From: Camelus ferus
Lineage: Eukaryota
DNA length: 64,000 nucleotides
Assembly: GCF_009834535.1 (NCBI RefSeq)
Contig: NC_045697.1
Coordinates: forward strand, 97,156,001 to 97,220,000
Direction of reading: 5' to 3'
Positions 13,953 to 23,841 of the stretch are shown in pieces (within the stretch, counting starts at the first letter, position 1; every line of letters starts with the position of its first letter). The notes beneath the pieces are model-generated. The model had not been told where the DNA came from and ran no database searches. It saw nothing but the letters and a program-made list of their open reading frames with translations. Both the position numbers and the translations under genes were made by a program.

Positions 13953-14018
13953 CTAATTCTTTCAAATCAAACTAATATTTAGGTCCTAATTCCTCCAAAT
14001 CAACCTAATATTTAGGTT
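13953..14018. repeat. 33-bp tandem duplication, 2 copies
   Basis: CTAATTCTTTCAAATCAAACTAATATTTAGGTC / CTAATTCCTCCAAATCAACCTAATATTTAGGTT (4 mismatches). Confidence 0.9.
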
Positions 14019-14228
14019 CCAGGTCTTTGTGCTAATCCATATTCCGACACCAACCTTTGAGGTTGATGAACAGATTGATGGAAAAATGTCAACTAATAAA
14101 TTACATAAATATTCTTAAATGAAAAAATAACTAAAAAACTACTAAGATAACCATACAAGTAGGGGAAACACAGCATCTTCAGGCTTTCTAAGTCCCCAGT
14201 TCCCTATGAGAACCAATTATTTCTGCAG

Positions 14229-14430
14229 AAGACTATTCTAGCCATAAGAAAATTACTTTACTATTATGAAGAGGAATTTGTTCTGGTGACTTTTCTGGAA
14301 AACTTGGCTACTAAACTGTTATAAATAATTAATGCAAATAATTTCAGTCCATTTAAAAAGTTTTCTTGGACCCTGAATGAATCTGAATCATCAGTCTTCA
14401 AGGCAGTCCAAGGCTTCAGATTTGCTTGAG
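14229..14430 (+). pseudogene. candidate fossil exon (C-terminal half of an RGS-like domain)
   Basis: Acceptor TATTTCTGCAG| and donor GAG|GTAAGT, 202 nt: KTILAIRKLLYYYEEEFVLVTFLENLATKLL*IINANNFSPFKKFSWTLNESESSVFKAVQGFRFA*. Confidence 0.55.
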
Positions 14431-14520
14431 GTAAGTAACTTGCCTGGGGAGCCACAGGTGAGGTCAAACGTGAATTCAAAACTAGGTCACTATCCTTACA
14501 CACTCTGCTGTGCACTGTCA
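14427..14520 (-). mobile_element. MIR fragment
   Basis: GAGGTAAGTAACTTGCC...GAATTCAAAACTAGGTC matches the MIR core. Confidence 0.6.
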
Positions 14521-15822
14521 CTAAATTCTACAGAACTGATTTCATCTCATCTTTAAACTTTGAAATTTCACCTGAAATTATACTGAAAAGCATAGACATA
14601 GATGCAGAGCTTGCTTTGAATTAATTAAAAGTCTATGAAAGAAATTACTTTAAAATATAGGTATTTAAAATCTTCATGTCTACTTAGCACACATTTTCTC
14701 ACAGACACAAGAAATTATGTTAATAACCACATTTTCATATTTTGTTTTCGCTATCAAGAAATACAGACTCTAATTCGGGAACCACTTTGTAATGTATAGG
14801 AAATTCTGGCCTCACTTCATTTACGCTTTCCTTGAATTTGTCAGTTTAACATTTTTCTTTAACAATGTTTCATAAGAGCAAAAACATCCACAATTAATAC
14901 ATGGATAATAAAAATTTAATAACTAATAATAACTGATTTTATTGTTTTACATAAATTATCTTGTTTAATTCTCACATTTTCCTTATGAGGTTTAAGCCTC
15001 ATAAGGATTCAAGGGCAAAATCTTCCTTAAGGTTGTGATATGGAAGCTGCATTTAACTCTACCTGCATACATTTGGACCCAGTGTATCTTATAAGGATAG
15101 TCTAGGGATGCAGACTGCAGACCAGTGGCATTCTATGTGTATAACTAAAAGTAAGGAGAAGAAAATGGACTGTGAGGGATGGAAGAATCCATCAGAGCTT
15201 CTTCAGACAAAACTGAGAAGAAATTTAAAAAGCACCTAAATTGATATTTATTTAAATCTGAAGCAATTTGGTCTGAATTACTCAGTTCGATAGCTTATTT
15301 ACATTGCTCAATGAAACTAGTAAATTTTTCCATTTCCCTCAGTTCATTTCTATATATAAGATTAAATTATGCCCTATCAATCTTTATTCTAAAATATGCA
15401 ATGATATAACAAAAATTATTTTAAATTGCTTGAACATATTACAAATTGAAGAATACTCTACATTTAATTTGAAAATGCCCTCATCACCACCCATGCCCTT
15501 TTACTATGATTTTAGCTTACTTTCCTATAACAATGCATAGGTGCCATTTATTAACATTTTATATTGAATATGATTTATAACATTCTATTTTATTAAGGAC
15601 ATGTCAAAAACATCAGATTTTAATGCATTGGCTATCTTCCACCGTGGCACATAATTTATGTTTTATTCCACTAGTCATAAATTTGGCTATAAATTTGTGT
15701 CATGAAACTATTTTCAATAAATACACTGAAATTAATTTGTATTGACCTCAGTATTTAACAGGGATTCTGAAATAGAACTATAGATCAATAACTAATAAAA
15801 TTCAAAATAACTGTTTTGACAG

Positions 15823-16044
15823 GTTTTTCCTTATTGGTAGATCCCATCAAACCAAATATTTATTGGATACTGGAGGTGTTATCTTTTTTGTGTCTCTAGT
15901 ATTGTCTTAATTTCTAGATGGTTATAAAAACAGCAGGAACCATAACCTCCTTCCAGAGATACTTAAGAGACTGAAGCCTCCTGGGAAATAGACCTTCTTC
16001 AAAGATGCCCTGGACAATTAGACAATGTTGAGGACAGGGATGGA
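15823..16044 (+). pseudogene. candidate fossil exon
   Basis: Acceptor CTGTTTTGACAG| (phase 1, matching 14430) and donor GGA|GTAATT. FSLLVDPIKPNIYWILEVLSFLCL*...VIKTAGTITSFQRYLRD*; 4 stops. Confidence 0.35.
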
Positions 16045-16230
16045 GTAATTTTTCAAAGGGAAAAAAAAAAAGGTTAGCTTTCTTTATGGAACTGTATGGA
16101 GATTGTATACTTGATTGATAACTTTAAATGGTATTTCTTTTCTCATTTGATAGTAATGATTTTGAAAATGAAATCATCTCTTTATATCTTTGTCTCTTAT
16201 CACCCCTCTCTAGCTGGAAGTCCAGTGTCT

Positions 16231-16665
16231 TGTGAAAAAAAAACTGTCAGGAATGACTGAGATGTGACCTGAGGACCTCCACATTTGCTGCCCATGCTGG
16301 ACTTTGAACACTCTAAATTAGACCTGCTGAATAGTTGCTGAGTTGCCAAAAGGACAGAATAATGCTGAGAACTGGGCTTTTCCTACACTAAGGAAAACAC
16401 ACCCCTCCCCAGTAAGGAATGAGATTCATGCCGTAACCCAATCACATGTATAAAACAATTTTACCCTCCAATCCAAATTCTTGGTAAACAATTTGTGAAA
16501 GCCTGCATTAACTTCCCTCTTTTTCCCCATAAAAACCCCTACACATTTTCCTCTGGTGGAACACTATTCTGGGTTCCTCTCGAATCTGAGATCCCCAAAT
16601 CACAATTCTAAGACCCCCCAAAAAACTGTTTTTTTCCTTATATTTCGTGGTCCTTTCCATTGACA
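16231..16665 (+). mobile_element. solo ERV1-type LTR
   Basis: TG...CA termini (TGTGAA...TTGACA), perfect 4-bp TSD GTCT (16227-16230 / 16666-16669), CCAAT and CCATAAAAACCC TATA-like region. Confidence 0.88.
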
Positions 16666-16779
16666 GTCTTAGAATCGATCTAAATCAATTTTCTGTTTTA
16701 TAAACAAGTATATAGAACTTCAGGAAGATTAAATTACTTAATTGAAAAATGCATGAGTTAATGAAGAACACATCTATGT

Positions 16780-17080
16780 ATTAAGTTAACAGTATTTATT
16801 ATACCAGATCCTCGAGCAAGTGTGGCGAGGCGATAGTGTGGTAAACAAAGCAGACACATCCTCTGTCCTCGTGGAATTTCAAGGTCTAGTGAGGAAAAGG
16901 GACGCCACCAACGAAATACCTTGTAATACGGTTACAAGTATTATTAGTACTATGGAAAAAAATAAACTCCAGTTCATTTTTTGTAGAACTACAAGATGTG
17001 AGTAGGTGACCTCATCAAGCTCAAGGAAACAGGCAAAGCTTCTGTGAGAAAACGGCTCTTTACCTCAGATAAGGAGGAAG
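16780..17080 (-). mobile_element. L2 3' end fragment, unusually CpG-containing
   Basis: AGTATTTATT...GTAAACAAAGCAGACACATCCTCTGTCCTCGTGGAATTTCAAGGTCTAGTGAGG matches the antisense L2 3' end. Confidence 0.65.
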
Positions 17081-17160
17081 AGATGTTCAGCTATCGTTCA
17101 TTTCACGGTAAACTTTTTTCTGTCACGTTTTAACATTTCTCAATTTAGGATATAACTTAC

Positions 17161-17240
17161 TATCAGTGGAGCATCCTTAACTGACAGCCTCTCTTCTTTC
17201 TCTGTCTCTGTCTGTCTGTGACCCTCTCCCCTTCTCTCGC
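17161..17240 (-). ncRNA. candidate first exon of a minus-strand transcript (TSS not defined)
   Basis: Donor CTGATA|GTAAGT (ACTTAC at 17155-17160 on +) immediately downstream of the CpG cluster. Confidence 0.45.
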
Positions 17241-17380
17241 CTTCCCACCCGCGCGCGCGCGCGCTCTCGCGCTCTCTCCAGCGCAGGCGCGCTCTCTCGC
17301 GAGATTGCGATATTGTTCTCGCGCTCTCCCAGTCTCGCGCTCTCCCGTTCTCAAGCGATCTCGCGTTCTTGCCACATTCG
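17238..17380. promoter_or_regulatory. CpG micro-island / putative promoter with NRF1-like and BANP (TCTCGCGAGA) motifs
   Basis: 25 CpGs in 143 bp in an otherwise CpG-depleted window. (CG)7 at 17250-17263, GCGCAGGCGC at 17281-17290, TCTCGCGAGA at 17295-17304, and further TCTCGCG at 17265, 17317, 17333 and 17359. Confidence 0.8.
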
Positions 17381-17424
17381 CTGAGATCTTCCTCAGTTCT
17401 TCCTTACTTGACAGCAGCACTTAA

Positions 17425-19335
17425 GGTACTATTATAAAGCCAGAGTAAAATATCACTATGTATCTATCAAAATGGTTTTTAATAGTCTCAAATGCTGGCA
17501 AGGTTACAGAGAAACGTGATCACTCTTATGTTGCTGGTGGGAATGCAGTATAAAATGTTAAGCCACTCTAGGTAAGATTTAACCAGTTTCTTATAAAATT
17601 GAATATGCACTAACCCTATGGCCCAGAAACTGCACTTTTGGGCATTTGATCCAGAGAAGGTGAACGTTCCTAACAACTTTATAGGTAGCCAAAAACTGGA
17701 AACAGCCGGAATGTCCTTCAACCTGTGAATGATTAAACTATGATACACCTGTACTATGAAACACTACCTGTTAAAAAAAATGAAGCAAACTGTTGAAATG
17801 TATATACATATTGAGGACATCTAGCAGTCAGACTCTCAGTTTCTGATGACATGCTCTGATATGAGAAGCCAAAGATCCTTGGTTAAATGGGTAATTCTAG
17901 AACTGATGAAATAAATATGTAAGATGAGCCTGGAACATCTTGTATTGCCAGCAAGTGAGGAAGTTAAGTAATTGTTGTTAGGAAGGGAACAAACAAACCC
18001 AAAGATGGGGGTATGTGAAAGGGACACAAGAGCCAAATAAATGAGCTCCCAAAGCTGGAACAATAAGCAAGAAGATTAATAGTATTGGAATATAATCTAA
18101 AGTATAGAATAAGAACCCATGAATTTATACTGATTAAGTAAATGATCAAATAAATAAATAAATGTGGGAGAAGAGATAAATCTCCTGGAGAAGAATTCTG
18201 TGTAATTTATGTAAGCACTTCACCCTCAAGGAGGTGGCACATAACTCCCACTTGTGAAGAATGGACTATTCATAGTGACTGCCTTCCTAAGAGTACCATT
18301 TTGGAAAGGAGAGAAGGAAAAAAAAAAAACTTTTCAGTGGAGAAACCTGACAAATACTACCTCAGATGATCAAGGTTAATACCAGTGGTGATAAGTCATA
18401 TTGACAGCATACACCCCTGATAAAAGAAATGAAAATGACACTTTATCTTTGTGGTCTTCTCCCCCAAACCCATAACCCCTGTCTGATCATGTGAAAAAAA
18501 ATCAGACAAATCCAGTTGAGGGACGTTCTTCAGAATACCTTAACAATACTCCTCAAAACTGCGGGATTATCAAAACCAAAAAATTCTGAAAAATTGTCAC
18601 AGCCAAAGGGAAACTAAGAATATCTGACAACAAAATGTAACGTGGTATTCTGAGTGGGACCCTGAAACAGAAAAGATGACCTTTAGGTAAGTACTAAAAA
18701 ATATAAATAAAGCATCTACTTTAATGATAATGTATCAATCTTTTCCATTAATTGTAACAACTGTCCTGTATTAATATAAGATGTTAATGTTGGGAGACTG
18801 GATGTGGGGCATGTCAGACCTCTCTGAACCATCCTCATAATTCTTCTTTAAATCTAAAGGTGTCCTAAAATTTTAAAAATATATTACCAAAATTTTTTTT
18901 AATTAAAAGCTTACATACATTCCATTTATATAATACCCTTGAAATGAGAATATTGTAGAGGTGGAGAACAATTAATGGTTGCCAGGACTTATAAAGGGAG
19001 GGAGAAAGGAGATAGCTGTGGCTATAAAAAGATGTAACAGGGGACGACTGTGATGGAATTGTTCTGTATGTTGGCTATGGTAGTAGTGACATGATTCTAC
19101 ACATGCTAAAATTGTATGAAAATATACACATAAATCAGTGCGTATAAAAGCAGTGAAAACTGAATGATGTTGGTGGAGTGTATAAATGTTAACATCCTGG
19201 TTGTGATACTGCACTGTAATTATGTAAAGTGTTAACTGGCAGGAACTAGGTGAAAGATTTACTGGAATATCTGTGCATTATTTCTTAGAATTGTATAGGA
19301 ATCTACAATTATCAGTAAAGAGTTCAAATAAAATA
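17425..19335 (+). mobile_element. old L1M 3' regions (an L1MC/MD-type 3' UTR apparently nested in an L1ME-type 3' end)
   Basis: CAAATGCTGGCAAGG...GTTGCTGGTGGGAATGCA; GGAGAAACCTGACAAATACTACCT; TAAATCTAAAGG tail at about 18900; host resumes GATTCCATTTATA-like and ends AATCTACAATTATC...AAATAAAA. Confidence 0.8.
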
Positions 19336-19809
19336 TTATTGTACCTTACAATCATGGCAATCGATTTAATGGTATACGATAGGTGAAGTAGGATAGGGAC
19401 ACAGGTTGTGAAGATCTTTCTAGAGAGAGAGAAGATAACACATGCAAAAATAAGAGATTATGTTGCATTTATTGAACAAACGTGAAACAGATCCCATGTG
19501 ACTGGAGTTTCAGAGTCTAGGAAACAGTGATTCAATATGAGGTTGGTGGGAAATAGTGACAATCTTGTTGAGTCTTTTAGGGCACATCAAAACTTTGTTC
19601 TTAGCTTTAAGTGCCTTTGTAAGCCAAGAAAGTGGGAGAGTTTGTTTAGCATTAACTTTTCAGCCAATACAGCCAGGGATAAATTTATATTTTAGAAATG
19701 CTTTGATATTTAGAAATGCTTATTCTTGTAAGATTAATTATATGTGCTTTTTGGCCAGATTTTTCTATATTTGTACAACAGATCCATATCCTTATTGGAT
19801 ATTTGACCT

Positions 19810-19990
19810 TTGAGTTAATTACTCAACCCTCCTAAACCTCAGTTTTTCATGTTATATTTACACAGATTTGCCTACCTAGTGGTCACCAAACCCTCACGAG
19901 AATGTGACCAGGATTAAACAAAATAATCCACGTGCAGCACTTAGTATAGTGTTTGGCACCTATTAACCTTTACACAATAGCCATTAATTT
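19810..19990 (+). mobile_element. MIR SINE
   Basis: TTACTCAACCCTCCTAAACCTCAGTTTTTC...GGATTAAAC...GCACTTAGTATAGTGTTTGGCAC. Confidence 0.75.
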
Positions 19991-21208
19991 CTGTTTCTCA
20001 TAGACTTTTAAGAATTATACAACTAATATAGGTTAACTATATAAAATGTCAGAAAATAAAGATGAAATAAAATTTAATATACTTGTTATGGCACCCTGCA
20101 TTTATAATCACCCTTAAATGTCCATGCACTAGTTAAATTCAGTTATAATAAAAAAGGAGGACCATGGGGAACAACGAGGAATCTGCCGTATCAGTCTTCT
20201 TCATTAATTGTAAGGGCCCAGAACAACACTTTTAATCACTGTATCTCCAAAACAGAGAGGAGCACAAGAAATTTGCTAAATGGATGGGTAAATTAGAGAT
20301 GATATATAATAGCCTTCATTTCCCCTGCAAAGTGAGGTAAGGTTTTCAACACAGAGAGGGGTGAGAACGTGAAGGAGAGAGGATTTGAGTGGTAAATCTT
20401 TGAAATAACAGCTACAGAAATGTAAAATACATAAAGAGGATTAATGCTAAAAAAGTGCTGAAGTTCCAGCTGAATTTGAAGAGCATACGTGTTGACTATC
20501 ACAAATTAAATAGTTTTCCTTAATATGCTCTCCCATTGTAGCCTAGGACTAAAATCAAAGGAATGTGTAGCCCAGTTGAGCCAGTATTAAGAGCAGGCAG
20601 AGCAAGAATAGTGAGAGTAGAAGAAATATTAAAGGGTGTATTCCACATAAAAAGAGGATGTTATTGAAGTGGAGTAGACTGTAGATGCTTGAAAGAAATG
20701 ATAGAAACACAGATAGTGTTGGTGTATACACAGAGTCATTATAACAGGACTAAGTGAAAGAACAGAATATTAGAATGATGAAAATGGTATATACAAATTG
20801 TTCTGTACTTCATCTTTCAACAGGACATTTATAAGGTTCACGTAAGGTGTTGAATGCATTGTCTGCACTTTATTATCTTCATATATTGTCAATTATTTGC
20901 TTTTATTCTCACATACTGTTAAATAAATTATTTATATCTAGGCCAAATTATAAATTAGAAACAACTGGTATGAGCACAATAATTATTTATATTACATTTT
21001 TAATATTTATTCAATCAAAATTTTGAGTATGTTTCATAATGTATAAATGTATTTGTATAGTACTATTTTATCAAATATATAAATAATTAAACATAAAAAT
21101 ATTGAGAGTACATATCACGATATGTTTAACAATTGGTTGCACAATCAGAACAGATTTGATATTAGTATCCAAGAGGATGAAAGAGCAAGTGTCAGTAGGT
21201 TTAATTAG

Positions 21209-21539
21209 TGTAAAAAATTGAACAGAAACCTCAGTTAAATAGAGTTGAGCTACCAGAAGGGGGAGCTTCCACACCCTGAGATGAAAGCAGAGCCCAACAG
21301 GAGAAATAGACTCTTCTTTCCTGGCAAGTGCTCAGTCATTGAGAAGCCGTGGACTTTTTGCTTATTAACTTCTTTCAACTTTCTTTTCCTCTCTATAAAA
21401 ATTTTCTCTTTCTCTTGTTGTAGGGGGACTTGCATGTAGCTCACCATGGTTACATATTCCTAATTGCAGTTCTTTGCTGATCCCAAATAAACCCGTCTTT
21501 GCTGAGTAATATCTGGTAGATTTTTGTTTCAGGACAACA
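21209..21539 (+). mobile_element. solo ERV1-type LTR
   Basis: TGTAAA...ACAACA termini, perfect 4-bp TSD TTAG (21205-21208 / 21540-21543), CTATAAAA, AATTGCAGTTCTTTGCTGATCCCAAATAAA. Confidence 0.9.
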
Positions 21540-22089
21540 TTAGATATTAACAAGAAAGTAAATATTAGAGAAGAATTAAGTTGGAGATATGGAATAGTTA
21601 TTGGAAATTAACTCTGATTTTAGATTTAACCTGATATATTTATTCAGGAAAAAATTATACTTTCTTTAATGACCACAGAACACCTTTCAAAAGAAATATA
21701 AAAAGAAAAAAAGATTAAATTACATTTAAAAAGAGGGCCAGCCTGGGCAATATAAACAAATAAACAATAAAGAAACAATAAATACATAAACACACATGCC
21801 CCTAAAGAAATCATTTACCCTCTCTGAGTCTTAATTTCCTCATCTGGAAATGAAAATTATTGGCTTCTATTTCTAGTCAGAATTTTGTCCCAAAAACTCT
21901 TTAAGACAGCATAAGAAATAAGTATGATAAAATGATTTTTTCTTAATTTAAGAAAAATCTTAATGAAGGGAAAAAAGAAGTCAATTAGATGATGCCAGGA
22001 GAAACAATCCTGCCTATGAATAGGATTATTAATATATATATTTTTTTTACTGTGAAATTATTTTGTAAGTCATTGTACAAATGCAAAGA

Positions 22090-22640
22090 GTTGTTTTTGT
22101 TATCAAATATGTGAAAGAAGAAAGCTCATAGGCTATAGTATGTAGAGAGTTGATGTTTCTAACATCAGCCCTGAAGTATCACAGTATGACTTAAGCTTCT
22201 ATTAATGCAAGAAGTAAGCAAAGGTTTTAGGAAGATGCCTTTAGTCCTTTTTACTCTCACACACAAAAATGACACAATTCTTTAAAACAAAATAAATGTT
22301 ACTGATGTAGCAGATCATCTCTAGAGGAAAAGGATATAAAGAGCAACAAAGCTGTAGTGCCAATAGGAGAAAGACTTAGATGGAATGGCCCGATAAGCCA
22401 CAAGTTTGAACCAAAGGAAATTTGTTGGAAATGATTGAGTCAGTCTTTTTATCTTTTACACAGCTGGTCAAAGGAATAAACCACTTCTAAAAATATAATC
22501 ACTGGCTATTTTTATAGAACTCATATAAAAAGAGAAAGACTTCAAGTGGCTAAGATCCTTTTCAGACTTTCAATCACATATATATGACACTGCTTTCTTA
22601 CTGATTTACTTCATTTTTTCGAGATTGGATTTTCTGTCTA
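22090..22640 (+). pseudogene. candidate large fossil exon (RGS-like domains)
   Basis: RELMFLTSALKYHSM (22144-22188) and SLEEKDIK (22318-22341) in one frame; QLVKGINHF*KYNHWLF (22461-22511); CFLTDLLHFFEI (22591-22626). Order matches the recalled RGSL1 C-terminal half. Confidence 0.5.
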
Positions 22641-22748
22641 TATGGATTTTTTTTCATAGTGTATATATAAAGCATAGTGTAGCACACATATACAATTAAA
22701 TTATATGCATTTCTTGGTATTTTGGAAGTGGTATCCTATAGCCAAAAA

Positions 22749-22785
22749 TGTGTGTGTATGTGTGTATATGTGTGTGTGTGTGTGT
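22749..22785. repeat. interrupted (TG)n microsatellite
   Basis: TGTGTGTGTATGTGTGTATATGTGTGTGTGTGTGTGT. Confidence 0.9.
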
Positions 22786-23239
22786 AATTATCATTACTAG
22801 CATTTTTGGTACTATTTATTCATATAGTTGAACAGCAAAAAAGGAAATATCTTAAGACACAGTGTCTATAAAGATGTGACAGTTTAAAAATTTTAAAAAT
22901 TTAATATTTAAAAATAACATTTAATGAAATGTTATTTGCATTCTTTTTTTACCCTTTTTTGAGTTGTAATAATTTTGTCCAGCTAAATACTGTAATAGTT
23001 TTATAATCCTTTATTTACCATTACTTTATAATTATATTTTATATGACTTTACCATCCACTTACTATTATTTAAAAGGACATTATCAATGAGCACCACTAA
23101 AGCAAATTTCTATGGTGCACATACCTATTTGTCTTTTTGTGAACTTGTAGTCATAATCTAATTGTGAGCATTATTTGAATGCACTAAACTCTGGAAATGT
23201 TCTCTGATATTTTGTCATATTTTTTTTTCTTTCTCCTGA

Positions 23240-23500
23240 TTGTACATTGAATAATAGAACTACCAATTCTGAACATTTTTCCCAGAGTAGCTATTCAAAT
23301 GTAGCCAGCAGATGTCTCTCTTAGACTCATCCAATCAATACAATGTGTTCCTTTCTCCTCCTTGAGTTGGAACTCATCATACAATTCAACTTTGTTTGGG
23401 ACATTAGGATATAATGTTACTCATCTTGTACTTGTTCCTTGAGGTACTGTCAGTATAATTTAAACAGACTGCTAAATGTTGAGATGACCTAATTTACAAA
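23240..23500 (+). pseudogene. candidate fossil exon (end of last RGS-like domain)
   Basis: Pyrimidine tract at 23220-23240; TNSE/IFPRVAIQM*PADVSLRLIQSIQ...YNSTLFGTLGYNVTHLVLVP*, then after a frameshift RYCQY. Confidence 0.55.
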
Positions 23501-23841
23501 ACAAGGAGGAAAAAACAGTTCTTTTTTCTTTAGAGAAGTAACTCTGCCTGGTTCAACAATTAAACTATTAGACATAGTGAGGCTAAATGGTTAAAAATAA
23601 TATCAACTAAAGCAAAAACGATATAATTCACATCTGTGAAGAAAAGGAATAGGTTTATTGAGGAAATAGATGACATATATACAGCATTGTGCAATATTTG
23701 TGTACATACAGATCTGGTGTGCTCTGTATTTGTTAAATTCTGATTTATCAAATAATGAAGAAAAACATAAGAATTGAAATTATATCTGTAATCAGTTGTA
23801 TGTATGCGTAATATGGTGGTTAGAATTTAAAGGCATGTTCA

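Larger units (their letters stand above)
5786..23500 (+). pseudogene. candidate decayed multi-exon (unitary) pseudogene for an RGS22/RGSL1-like multi-RGS-domain protein
   Basis: Series of exon-like blocks bounded by AG/GT. Phases match at 12942>13532, 13776>14229 and 14430>15823. Broken frames give collinear RGS-like motifs (LLDFW...LPFWT|KTILAIRKLL...NNFSPFKKF; ELMFLTSALKY...SLEEK...HF*KYNHW...FLTDLLHFFEI; NSE/IFPRVAIQ...YNSTLFGTLGYNVTHLVLVP*). Many stops and frameshifts. Similarity judged against recalled sequences. Confidence 0.55.

Noticed and set aside
17163..17424. Two overlapping ORFs (85 aa minus, 68 aa plus) over the CpG cluster
   Set aside because: Low-complexity RA/RE/LS translations caused by stop-poor CG/CT repeats; no protein character.
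20824..20841. 18-nt micro-exon-like segment (CAACAG|GACATTTATAAGGTTCAC|GTAAGG)
   Set aside because: Too short to distinguish from chance without alignment or reads.
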